Below the pieces are notes generated by a model that saw nothing but the letters and a program-made list of their open reading frames with translations, ran no database searches and had not been told where the DNA came from. A stretch of DNA of 64,000 nt from an uncultured Alphaproteobacteria bacterium (lineage in GTDB: Bacteria; Pseudomonadota; Alphaproteobacteria; Sphingomonadales; Sphingomonadaceae). The stretch is from NCBI GenBank assembly GCA_963751145.1, contig CAVVTJ010000007.1, positions 106,136-170,135 on the forward strand, written 5' to 3'. The position numbers and the translations under genes were made by a program. Below are positions 1-8,226 of this stretch, in pieces; the first letter of the stretch is position 1, and each line of letters begins with the position of its first letter.

Positions 1-1713
1 CAGCCCATGGCCTCCAGCGATGGCCGCGCCATGCTGGTGTTCAATGGCGAGATCTACAATTTCCGGGACCTGCGCGCTGAACTGAAAAGCCACGGGGCAG
101 AGTTTCATACCGATGGCGATAGCGAAGTCATTCTGGCCGCCTGGCAGCGCTGGGGTCCGGCCTGCGTATCGCGGCTGCACGGCATGTTCGCTTTTGCGAT
201 CTATGATCTGACAACCCGCCAGCTGTTTCTGGCGCGGGACCGGCTGGGGGTAAAGCCGCTATTCTACGCTCCGCTCAGCGATGGCAGCCTGGCCTTTGCC
301 TCCGAGCTCAAGGGACTGCTCGCCCACCCCTTGCTGCGCCGCGATATCGATCCGCTGGCCGTGGAAGACTATCTTACCTGGGGCTATGTGCCCGATCATC
401 GCAGCTTCGTGGCGGGCGTGCACAAACTGCCAGCGGGCCATACCCTGCTGTTGTCGCACGGAAAGCCGCTGCCGCAGCCGCAGCAGTACTGGGACGTCAG
501 CTTCGCCGATCGCCGTCAGGGCCGCACTGCCGATCTTGAGGCCGAGCTACTGCACTTGCTGCGTCAGGCTGTTACTTCGCGAATGGTGTCGGATGTGCCG
601 CTGGGGGCGTTCCTGTCGGGCGGAGTAGACAGTTCGGCAGTAGTGGCGCTGATGGCTGAGGCCAGCAATTCCCCGGTCAAGACCTGCTCGATCGGGTTCG
701 ATGTCGGCGCTCTCGATGAAAGCTCCTACGCCGAGCAAGTTGCCCGGAAATTCGCCACCGATCACCGCGCGCGGCAGGTTTCGGCTGACGATTTCGAGCA
801 TGTTGATGAGCTGGCGGCGATGTTCGATGAACCCTTTGCCGATGGTTCGGCGCTGCCAACCTGGCGCGTATGCCAATTGGCCCGCGAAACGGTGACGGTG
901 GCTTTATCGGGCGACGGCGCCGACGAAGCCTTCGCCGGATACCGCCGCCATAAGTTTCAGCATGGCGAAGACCGCGCGCGCAGCTTCATGCCGCAGGCGT
1001 TGCGCGGGCCCGTGCTGGGCGGGCTGGGCAGCGTCTATCCCAAAGCCGATTGGGCCCCGCGTCCGCTGCGGGCCAAGACCACGCTGCTCTCGCTCGCCGG
1101 TAGCAGCGAAGCGGGCTATTCGCGCGCAGTGGCGATCCTCCCGCCGGAACTGCGCCAGTCGCTCTATTCGCCGGAATTCCTGCGGCTGCGCGGTGATTAC
1201 CGCGCCGAGCAACCGTTTGAGGCGCTGATGCGCGGCGCTCCGGCGCGTTCAGGGCTGGACCGGGCGCAGTACGCTGACCTCAAATTTTGGCTGCCCGGTG
1301 ATATCCTGACCAAAGTTGATCGCACGAGCATGGCGGTGAGCCTTGAGGCGCGCGAGCCGCTGCTCGATCACCGGCTGATCGAATTTGCTGCCAGCCTGCC
1401 CGAAGGGCTGCGGTTGAAGCGGGGGCAGGGCAAGTGGCTGCTGAAGAAGACCATGCAGCGCTATCTCCCCGAAGAGATCCTTTACCGCCCCAAGCAGGGG
1501 TTTGTGACTCCGATCAGCCAATGGCTGCGCGGGCCGCTGGCGGCAAGCGCGCGGGCGATCGGATCAAGCGCCGCGCTGGCGCGGACCGGCTGGTTCGATA
1601 GCAACACCCTATCTGCCATGGCCGAGGCACATATCGCTGGCCGATCAGACCATGGCCGGATGCTGTGGCAGCTTCTGATGCTGGACAAGGCGATCGCGCG
1701 GCTCTCAGCCTAA
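1..1713 (+). CDS. asnB: Asparagine synthase (glutamine-hydrolysing) family amidotransferase, XrtA/PEP-CTERM exopolysaccharide-associated type; 5' end truncated by the window edge
   Basis: Motifs VFNGEIYNF, ARDRLGVKPL, LSGGVDSS, SGDGADE and ILTKVDRTSMAVSLEAREPLLD; the YPKADWAPRPLRAKTT segment is typical of the exosortase-A-associated subfamily. The N-terminal MCG catalytic start lies before position 1. Confidence 0.9.
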   Translation, partial: QPMASSDGRAMLVFNGEIYNFRDLRAELKSHGAEFHTDGDSEVILAAWQRWGPACVSRLHGMFAFAIYDLTTRQLFLARDRLGVKPLFYAPLSDGSLAFASELKGLLAHPLLRRDIDPLAVEDYLTWGYVPDHRSFVAGVHKLPAGHTLLLSHGKPLPQPQQYWDVSFADRRQGRTADLEAELLHLLRQAVTSRMVSDVPLGAFLSGGVDSSAVVALMAEASNSPVKTCSIGFDVGALDESSYAEQVARKFATDHRARQVSADDFEHVDELAAMFDEPFADGSALPTWRVCQLARETVTVALSGDGADEAFAGYRRHKFQHGEDRARSFMPQALRGPVLGGLGSVYPKADWAPRPLRAKTTLLSLAGSSEAGYSRAVAILPPELRQSLYSPEFLRLRGDYRAEQPFEALMRGAPARSGLDRAQYADLKFWLPGDILTKVDRTSMAVSLEAREPLLDHRLIEFAASLPEGLRLKRGQGKWLLKKTMQRYLPEEILYRPKQGFVTPISQWLRGPLAASARAIGSSAALARTGWFDSNTLSAMAEAHIAGRSDHGRMLWQLLMLDKAIARLSA

Positions 1714-1739
1714 TCCCTCGAGCCAGTTGCTAAGCCCAA

Positions 1740-1771
1740 ACGAAAGCAGCCCCGACTTTCGTCGAGGCCGC
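1740..1771 (-). terminator. Rho-independent terminator of the small peptide gene
   Basis: Minus strand reads GCGGCCTCGAC-GAAA-GTCGGGGCTGC followed by TTTCGTTT: an 11-bp stem (with G-U pairs), a GNRA tetraloop and a U-rich tail, about 20 nt after the stop at 1792. Confidence 0.75.
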
Positions 1772-1791
1772 TGTTCAAATATGGTGATCGC

Positions 1792-1848
1792 TTAGCGGCG
1801 ACCCAAAACGCGTTCCAGGCTGTCCCAGAAATCAAATTCAGTCTGCAT
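1792..1848 (-). CDS. Small peptide, 18 aa, MQTEFDFWDSLERVLGRR (up to 23 aa if an upstream in-frame ATG at 1860 or 1863 is used)
   Basis: GGAGG 5 nt upstream of the ATG at 1848, TAA at 1794-1792, and a dedicated terminator downstream. Absent from the ORF track because it is under 60 aa. Confidence 0.6.
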   Translation of the reverse strand: MQTEFDFWDSLERVLGRR

Positions 1849-1902
1849 GTCGACCTCCATCATCCGCACGAGCCTCGGTTAGACCCGCTTGCCCCGCAGT
1901 TT

Positions 1903-1943
1903 ATAACGAAATCGTAACCATTTGCAATAGGACGATGTTAACC
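1903..1943. promoter_or_regulatory. Degenerate CtrA-like box (ATAA-N7-GTAACC, 1903-1919) plus TTAACC half-site (1938-1943) upstream of the peptide ORF
   Basis: Resembles the alphaproteobacterial CtrA consensus TTAA-N7-TTAAC with two mismatches; lies in an AT-rich intergenic tract. Confidence 0.35.
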
Positions 1944-2197
1944 ACGACCATTCATAGATCTGGCAAATTTACCATTGAAAATCAAATAGGTAGTAGTTGA
2001 ATTGGAGGGGTGCCGAATTACTTTGCTGCGCGCTGACAAGTGACACGACAGCTCGATTCGCTGCGAATCGAACAGAGTCGCGAGGCCGAATCGTAGCAAG
2101 CTGTCGATGCCGGTAGCTATTCAAGCAGTTCGGCGCGGCTTCTATTCGAAGCCACGCGAGTAGGTGTTTACTTGATGATTTTTGAAATCGCGCAGAA

Positions 2198-4507
2198 TTA
2201 GGCAGCGCGGATTCGACTACTTGCGCTGAGCAGCGATTCCAATGCTTCGATCCGCATCGGCTTGGCCAGATAGTACCCTTGGGCAATATCGCAGCCGATC
2301 GCGCGTAACAGTTCAAGCGTTTCGGGATCTTCGATCCCTTCGGCGATCACCCGGCGGCCCAGGCCATGCGCGAGTTCAATCGTGGATTCGACGAGCAACA
2401 TGTCACCGTTGTCCTTGACCAGACTGGTAACGAAACTGCGATCAATCTTGATTTCCTGACACGGAACCGAGCGCAAATATTCCAGCGTGGCATTGCCTGT
2501 ACCGTAATCGTCAATCGACAGATCGATCCCCAAAGCGGCAATGCCGGCAAGGTTGTTTGCCACTGCCTGATTGTCCGCAAAAGGTGCTGATTCGGTTACT
2601 TCCAGTGTCAGGTTGGAAGTCGGAAACTCAACTCGGCCAAGAATATCGACAATCATCGCCGGGAGCTGGGGCTGTTCCATCAGTGTGGCCGAGATATTGA
2701 TGCTGAGCCGGAAGGCAGGGTTCTGCGCAATGATCGGCTTGGCCGCACGCGTTGCTAGTTCCAGCACATGATAGGTCAACCGGCTGATGCGATTGTGTTC
2801 CTCGGCCTGCAAAATGAAGGCCTCTGGCGAAATGGCGCCGCGTACCGGATGTTGCCAGCGCACAAGAGCTTCGGCGCCGATGATCCGGTCTGTCTTCAGT
2901 TCGAACTGCGGTTGATAGGCTATCCAGATGTCGCCGCCATCGACGGCTGCATCCAGCTCGCTCATCAAGGAAAGCTCCCACGCGCCTTCTTCATCGTTAT
3001 CAGATGTGTTGAACATGTAGGGCTGGTGTTTGGACGCAGCCGTATCGGCGGCGAGCAGCGCCCGTCCGATCCGGTTCGCAACAGGCCGGGCGATGTCAAG
3101 GTCAACCCCGAAGGCGACGTGAACATCGATCTTGCGGCCTTGCACCACAAACAGGCTTTCCATCAGCCGGGCCAGACCTGCCAGATGGCCATCAAGTTCG
3201 TGCTGCGGCAGCACTGGACCAAGCCAGTAAAGCACATCTTCGGCCTGGTAAAAATTCGTCGCTTGACCAGGCAGGGTAAGCCTGCGGGCTATTTCGGTTA
3301 TCAGAATGCTATCGACCGATTCAGAGAAACTCGCGCCAACTGCAGCATAGTTGCGGATCCGCATCGCGATAATTGGTTTGCTGGAAGCCAAGGGTTCTTC
3401 GCGCAGTGCGGAAAGATTGGGGAAGAGTGTGGCCGCGTTCTTGAGCCTCGCGTCGTTCAACTCACGCAAGGTATGGCTGCGATAGGCAACGATACCGAAG
3501 AGTAGAAAAGACGATAGCAGATCGACCTTGATAAGCCACGCATCAAGGACGAACGGTACAATAGCAGCGGCAAACAATGCACCAAGCGCTACATAGAATG
3601 CAGTCCGCCGTGACCGCGTCCAAAGCATCAGGGCTGAAAGAGCAATTGCCAATGCCATAGCTGGCTGCCAGCCAAAATCTCTGGGTTTGCCCTCTCGAAG
3701 GGTCTGTGCTCCAACGGCATGTCCGTACACACCGGGAAACCAACCTTGTCCAGGAATTTGGACGAAATCCGGTTCGGAGCTGGCCGTAACCCCGATCAAC
3801 ACGTCTTTGCCATTGATCGCCGCCGGAGGGATTTTGTTCTCAAGAATATCGATCAGACTAAACGTCGGAACTGTCGAAACCTGGATCGCCCAATCGGGTC
3901 GATACAACTTAGTGTCGGTGGGATTGATTCCTGCGATGTCCGATGAAATGGAAGGGACGATCTTGCCGTCGAAGTCGTTCGCATAAAAGAGATCGACCGA
4001 TAGCGAGAACGGAGCGACCTTGGCATACAGCGAGCGCATCTCGGCCGCATTGCGGTATCTTTCGAGTGGGACCAGCTCGAAGCTTCGACCGGGCACTTTG
4101 CTCTTGGACGTACTCACGCCGACAAACGTGCGGCCTTTGTGGCGTCGCAACGAATCTTCGAACGCCTTGTCGCCCGCTTCATCCATCGGGATTGAGAATA
4201 CTTCGTCGAAATAGGCCCGTTTGGCTCCCAATGCGAAAAGCCGGTCGAGCGCCTTGGCATTGAAGCTGCGAGGATAGTAGCTTCCGCCCAGCGCCTTGAT
4301 GGTTTTCTCATCGATGCCTACAACGACCACTTGCCCGTCGGCTGGCCGCGCACGCAAAATGTTGCGGCCACCGCGGTAAAGGTCTTCCAGCGGCACCAGG
4401 AAGTTGACGGACGCCATCCACAGGCAAATCAGCAGCGCGGTCGCAAAAATCCACGTCCGCGAGGCGGGTTTCTTCGATTTGGAGTTGCGACGGAACGGCC
4501 AGATCAT
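2198..4507 (-). CDS. CHASE2 + TM helices + degenerate GGDEF + EAL c-di-GMP phosphodiesterase
   Basis: CHASE2-like VVVVGIDEKTI and GKDVLIG...PGVYGHA, followed by three hydrophobic helices. EAL catalytic motifs are intact (AEALVRW, DDYGTG, EIKIDRS, AEGIE, QGYY); no GG(D/E)EF. Start placed at MIWPF (4507). Confidence 0.9.
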   Translation of the reverse strand: MIWPFRRNSKSKKPASRTWIFATALLICLWMASVNFLVPLEDLYRGGRNILRARPADGQVVVVGIDEKTIKALGGSYYPRSFNAKALDRLFALGAKRAYFDEVFSIPMDEAGDKAFEDSLRRHKGRTFVGVSTSKSKVPGRSFELVPLERYRNAAEMRSLYAKVAPFSLSVDLFYANDFDGKIVPSISSDIAGINPTDTKLYRPDWAIQVSTVPTFSLIDILENKIPPAAINGKDVLIGVTASSEPDFVQIPGQGWFPGVYGHAVGAQTLREGKPRDFGWQPAMALAIALSALMLWTRSRRTAFYVALGALFAAAIVPFVLDAWLIKVDLLSSFLLFGIVAYRSHTLRELNDARLKNAATLFPNLSALREEPLASSKPIIAMRIRNYAAVGASFSESVDSILITEIARRLTLPGQATNFYQAEDVLYWLGPVLPQHELDGHLAGLARLMESLFVVQGRKIDVHVAFGVDLDIARPVANRIGRALLAADTAASKHQPYMFNTSDNDEEGAWELSLMSELDAAVDGGDIWIAYQPQFELKTDRIIGAEALVRWQHPVRGAISPEAFILQAEEHNRISRLTYHVLELATRAAKPIIAQNPAFRLSINISATLMEQPQLPAMIVDILGRVEFPTSNLTLEVTESAPFADNQAVANNLAGIAALGIDLSIDDYGTGNATLEYLRSVPCQEIKIDRSFVTSLVKDNGDMLLVESTIELAHGLGRRVIAEGIEDPETLELLRAIGCDIAQGYYLAKPMRIEALESLLSASSRIRAA

Positions 4508-4646
4508 GTGGCACCGTGTGATCGGCCCGCAGGCGATCCCGAAAATGTGCAGCAATTCAGCGCATTTTCGCAGGTCTGCGAAGCGCCTCTGGTGCTTTCA
4601 AGCGGGATGATCCCGGTCCACATAAGGCCGCACTAGGGGCAAAACG

Positions 4647-4661
4647 GTAACAATTCGTTAT
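4647..4661. promoter_or_regulatory. Degenerate CtrA-like box upstream of the CHASE2-EAL gene
   Basis: Reverse strand ATAACGAATTGTTACC matches the 1903 motif ATAACGAAATCGTAAC at 12 of 16 positions. Confidence 0.3.
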
Positions 4662-4698
4662 CCCTACCATGGGGTAAGGATGCCGGTTCCGCCTGCGC

Positions 4699-5814
4699 TC
4701 ACTCTTCGCCGTGACCGGCCGCAAGGTATTCGCTGCTTTGCATTTCCTTGAGCCGTGAGACGGTACGCTCGAATTCGAAGGCGCCATCGCCGCGGGGATA
4801 GAGCGCTTCGGGTTCGGCTGCGGCTGCGGCGAACAGCTTGACCTTGTTTTCGTACAAGGCATCGATCAGCGTCACAAAGCGCGCGGCTTCGTTGCGGTTT
4901 TCCGGGCCCATCTGCGGAATCCCGACCAGAATCACGGTGTGATAGGTCTGCGCGACTGCCAGGTAATCGGCCGCTCCGCGGGCCTCACCGCACAGCTTCC
5001 TGAAACTGAACACCGCCACACCCTTGAGGCTTTTGGGCACATGCAACACGCGGCCGCCGCCCAGCGCGAGATCGGCTGAGGGCACATGGGCACTGTCTTC
5101 AGGCGGATAGTCGGTCAGTCGAAAAAAGGCTTCGCGCACCTGATCGGTCGCCGCATCGCCTAGCGGGCTGTGCCAGGTGTCGATCCCGGCCAACCGTTCC
5201 AGCCGGTAATCGTGCGGGCCATTGAGCGCCATGACGTCAAGTTTCTGCTCGATCAGGGTGATGAAAGGCAGGAAATGCTCGCGGTTGAGGCCGTCCTTGT
5301 AGAGTTCTGACGGGGCACGGTTGCTGGTGGTGACGATCACCAGACCGTGGCTTTCGATCAGGGCGGTGAACAGCCGGCTCATGATCATCGCGTCGGCGGA
5401 ATTGTTGACCACCATCTCGTCAAAGGCCAGCACGCGCAGGTTCTCGGCGATTGCTGCGGCCACTGCCGGGATCGGATCGCCGCTCTCGCTTTTGCGCGCC
5501 TCACGCAGGCGGGCGTGGACTTCGATCATGAAGGCGTGAAAGTGGGCCCGGCGTTTCTCCGGGATGGCCAGACAGTGATGGAACAGGTCCATCAGCATCG
5601 ACTTACCGCGCCCGACGCCGCCCCATAGATAAAGCCCGCGCAGCGGCTTTGGCTTATGTCGCGCAAGCCGCCACAGCAGCGAACCGCGCGCCGGGATCGC
5701 CTCAAGCGCTTGTTGCAGGGCGTCCAGCCGCTCAGCCGCGGCGCGTTGCTCTGGATCGGCGCGCAGCTCACCCGCAGCGACAAGCGCTTCATACCGGGCC
5801 AGTACTGCAGTCAT
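4699..5814 (-). CDS. zapE: Cell division ATPase ZapE (AFG1/LACE1 family)
   Basis: Walker A GGVGRGKS, Walker B LAFDE, TTSNR and RFVTLIDALY motifs. Start moved to MTAVL (5814), which overlaps the upstream stop. Confidence 0.92.
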   Translation of the reverse strand: MTAVLARYEALVAAGELRADPEQRAAAERLDALQQALEAIPARGSLLWRLARHKPKPLRGLYLWGGVGRGKSMLMDLFHHCLAIPEKRRAHFHAFMIEVHARLREARKSESGDPIPAVAAAIAENLRVLAFDEMVVNNSADAMIMSRLFTALIESHGLVIVTTSNRAPSELYKDGLNREHFLPFITLIEQKLDVMALNGPHDYRLERLAGIDTWHSPLGDAATDQVREAFFRLTDYPPEDSAHVPSADLALGGGRVLHVPKSLKGVAVFSFRKLCGEARGAADYLAVAQTYHTVILVGIPQMGPENRNEAARFVTLIDALYENKVKLFAAAAAEPEALYPRGDGAFEFERTVSRLKEMQSSEYLAAGHGEE

Positions 5815-6272
5815 CTGGGGGAAGTGGGTTTGCGGATAGTGCCAGAAAATGCGGCGATCAAATTGCCTTCGCCTTGCTCCACCACGCCGCGCAGGAACAC
5901 CAGCCGCCGGGTCTCCTTGAGCAGCTCGGTCACCGCATCGCACGGTAGATCGGGCTTTCCCGCGCCGATAAACTGGACCGAGAGATCAAGCGTCACTGCT
6001 GTCCCCGCCTCGATAATCCCCAATTGGCGCGAGCAGGCGAACAGGCCGATATCGATTAGCGCCATCACCGCGGCGCCGTGGATATTGTTGCCCAGATTGG
6101 TGTGGCGGCGTTCAGGAAACATCCGCAGCCGCGCCTTGCCATCGGCGTCGGCGCGGACCAGCAGTTTTGGGAACATCCAGCTGTTGAAGCGCGTCGTGTC
6201 GTTCAGCTGCCAGGTCTGCCAGCCGGGATTGTCCGGATCGGGCTCGCTGCGGAAACCGCGATCGTCGCTCAA
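5811..6272 (-). CDS. PaaI family thioesterase (hotdog fold)
   Basis: [18 protein letters not shown] motif. Probable TTG start at 6272 overlapping the sdhB stop. Confidence 0.85.
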   Translation of the reverse strand: MSDDRGFRSEPDPDNPGWQTWQLNDTTRFNSWMFPKLLVRADADGKARLRMFPERRHTNLGNNIHGAAVMALIDIGLFACSRQLGIIEAGTAVTLDLSVQFIGAGKPDLPCDAVTELLKETRRLVFLRGVVEQGEGNLIAAFSGTIRKPTSPR

Positions 6273-7054
6273 ACGTGGCGCTCCGCCTGCATCTTCTTGA
6301 TCTCGGCGATCGCGCGGGCAGGGCTGAGGCCCTTGGGGCAGACGTTGGCGCAATTCATGATCGTGTGGCAGCGATACAGCCGGAAGGGGTCTTCCAGCTC
6401 GTCGAGCCGCTCACCGGTCATTTCATCGCGGCTATCGGCCAGCCAGCGATAGGCCTGAAGCAGGATCGCTGGGCCGAGGAACTTGTCGCTGTTCCACCAG
6501 TAAGAGGGGCAGCTGGTCGAGCAGCAGGCGCACAGTATGCATTCGTACAGCCCATCCAGCTTTTCGCGCTGCTGCGGGCTTTGCAGCCGTTCCTTGCCCG
6601 AAGGCGTGGTGGAAACGGTTTGCAGCCACGGACGAATGCTGGCGTACTGGGCATAAAAGTGGGTGAAATCAGGAACCAGGTCCTTGATCACTTCCATGTG
6701 GGGCAGGGGGGTGATCCGCACATCGCCCGAGAGATCCTCGATCGCGGTGGTGCAGGCCAGACCGTTGCGGCCATTGATATTCATCGCGCAAGACCCGCAG
6801 ATTCCTTCGCGGCACGAACGGCGGAAGGTCAGTGTCGGGTCCATGTCCGACTTCATCTTGATCAGCGCATCGAGCACCATTGGCCCGCACTGGTCGAGAT
6901 CAATGTCAAACCGGTCATACCGCGGGTTCTGGCCCGAATCCGGATCGTAGCGATAGACCGTGAAAGTCTTTACCCGCGAACCCGCATTGGCCGCGCTGTG
7001 CTGCGTGCCGGTTTTCTGGATCTTGCTGTTAGCCGGAAGCGTGAAGGTCGCCAT
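6269..7054 (-). CDS. sdhB: Succinate dehydrogenase iron-sulfur subunit
   Basis: [29 protein letters not shown] and [14 protein letters not shown]e-S motifs. Confidence 0.98.
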   Translation of the reverse strand: MATFTLPANSKIQKTGTQHSAANAGSRVKTFTVYRYDPDSGQNPRYDRFDIDLDQCGPMVLDALIKMKSDMDPTLTFRRSCREGICGSCAMNINGRNGLACTTAIEDLSGDVRITPLPHMEVIKDLVPDFTHFYAQYASIRPWLQTVSTTPSGKERLQSPQQREKLDGLYECILCACCSTSCPSYWWNSDKFLGPAILLQAYRWLADSRDEMTGERLDELEDPFRLYRCHTIMNCANVCPKGLSPARAIAEIKKMQAERHV

Positions 7055-7133
7055 GATAGTCCCTGATTGCCAGTACGAAGGCCTTGCGCGCCCTCTCTAG
7101 CGATTCAGGGCGTTGTAGCAAGTGCCCCTTCAG

Positions 7134-7670
7134 TCACAATGCGTCAGCAATTCCCCCTGGGCCTAGAAGCTTCGTGATGAGAATTGCGAGAGCAAGCGCG
7201 GCGATGACGATGGCGCCGATCATCATCAGACGCGCCATCGCCATCGGGCGTTCATTGCTGCTCAGCCATAATGGCGTATCAGCCGAAAAAAGAGCGGAAA
7301 GCTGCGACCCATCCAATCCTGCATCACCAAACTTTTGCGACCCGCCGATGATGCCGGCTTGAATACCTTCCGCGCTGGCCCCTTCGCCGCCGGGAGCCTG
7401 GTCTGGAAGGTGAATTTTCTGCCATGTCGGCATTTCGTCGGCTGTTTCTGTAGAAAAATTCAGCCGGTAAAGTCGAGCCAGTTCGCCGCGCGGCAAACCG
7501 CCCAGTCTGGCCCGGACGATTTCGATCCGCTGATTGACGGCACTTTCGGAAATACCAAGCAGGCCCGCAATTTCCTTGCTGGTGCGATTGTCAGCAACCA
7601 GCGCCAGCACTTCGCGCTGCTTTCTGGTTAGCTGCGGCAAGGATCGCTCTGCGTGAGCTCTGCTGTTCAT
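7134..7670 (-). CDS. LuxR-type HTH regulator with C-terminal transmembrane helix (paralog 1)
   Basis: LTRKQREVLALVADNRTSKEIAGLLGISESAVNQRIE is a LuxR/GerE HTH at the N-terminus; hydrophobic LMMIGAIVIAALALAILITKLL at the C-terminus. Start at MNSRA after an AAGAAGG RBS. Confidence 0.8.
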   Translation of the reverse strand: MNSRAHAERSLPQLTRKQREVLALVADNRTSKEIAGLLGISESAVNQRIEIVRARLGGLPRGELARLYRLNFSTETADEMPTWQKIHLPDQAPGGEGASAEGIQAGIIGGSQKFGDAGLDGSQLSALFSADTPLWLSSNERPMAMARLMMIGAIVIAALALAILITKLLGPGGIADAL

Positions 7671-7722
7671 TGTGCACCCTTCTTGCGGCATCATACCTCA
7701 CCGCGCCACTCTCGACAAATAC

Positions 7723-8226
7723 TCAACGCTGGTGCGGCTGATAATCCGGCCCCTTAACGCGAAGCGGCGCCTTTCCTCTGCGCCAATCGAAAAAGATTCC
7801 GGTCCAAAGCGCCACGACAAGCAGGGCGTTGGCCATTGCGGCGATCAGCTGGGAAGCCAGCGCGGCCGGACCAGTGAGCAGAGCCGCGCAGCCAAGAGCA
7901 AGCGCAGCCAGCAGTGCGGCTGCACCCGCAGCCAGCGGATATATTCGCCGCGAGCGTAGAACGATCGGCAATATCAAGCCCAAGCCAACGATTGCGCACA
8001 ACGCGTGAAGCCCGCTGCCCGAACCATAGGCCCACCATGCCAGCCCATGCAGCAATGCCATCGCAAAGGTAGCCGCCGCGAGCGCCTGAGCAGTGGGACG
8101 ACCGCAGCGCCAGGCAAGGATCAGCGTGCCCGCGATCACCAGCATCAAGGTCGATGGCCATTGCATCGTGAGCAGCGATAGCGCCGCTTGTCCGGGCTGG
8201 GTGATGGCGATGGGCGCGGGGTGCAT
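7723..8226 (-). CDS. Polytopic membrane protein of unknown function (about 5 TM)
   Basis: Almost entirely hydrophobic, with short basic loops (AWRCGRP, LRSRRIYPL). ATG overlaps the upstream TGA (TGATG). Confidence 0.7.
   Translation of the reverse strand: MHPAPIAITQPGQAALSLLTMQWPSTLMLVIAGTLILAWRCGRPTAQALAAATFAMALLHGLAWWAYGSGSGLHALCAIVGLGLILPIVLRSRRIYPLAAGAAALLAALALGCAALLTGPAALASQLIAAMANALLVVALWTGIFFDWRRGKAPLRVKGPDYQPHQR

Noticed and set aside
1-1848. Lasso-peptide cluster (AsnB-like cyclase plus short precursor)
   Set aside because: The AsnB keeps a full glutamine amidotransferase domain and exosortase-type motifs. No B1/B2 peptidase is present, the peptide lacks a leader with Thr(-2) and a Gly/Ser/Ala/Cys-start core, and the genes are convergent.
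1969-2316. 115-aa minus-strand ORF in the ORF track
   Set aside because: Overlaps the EAL 3' end out of frame, has no RBS and no protein-like pattern; the region is better explained as regulatory or structured.
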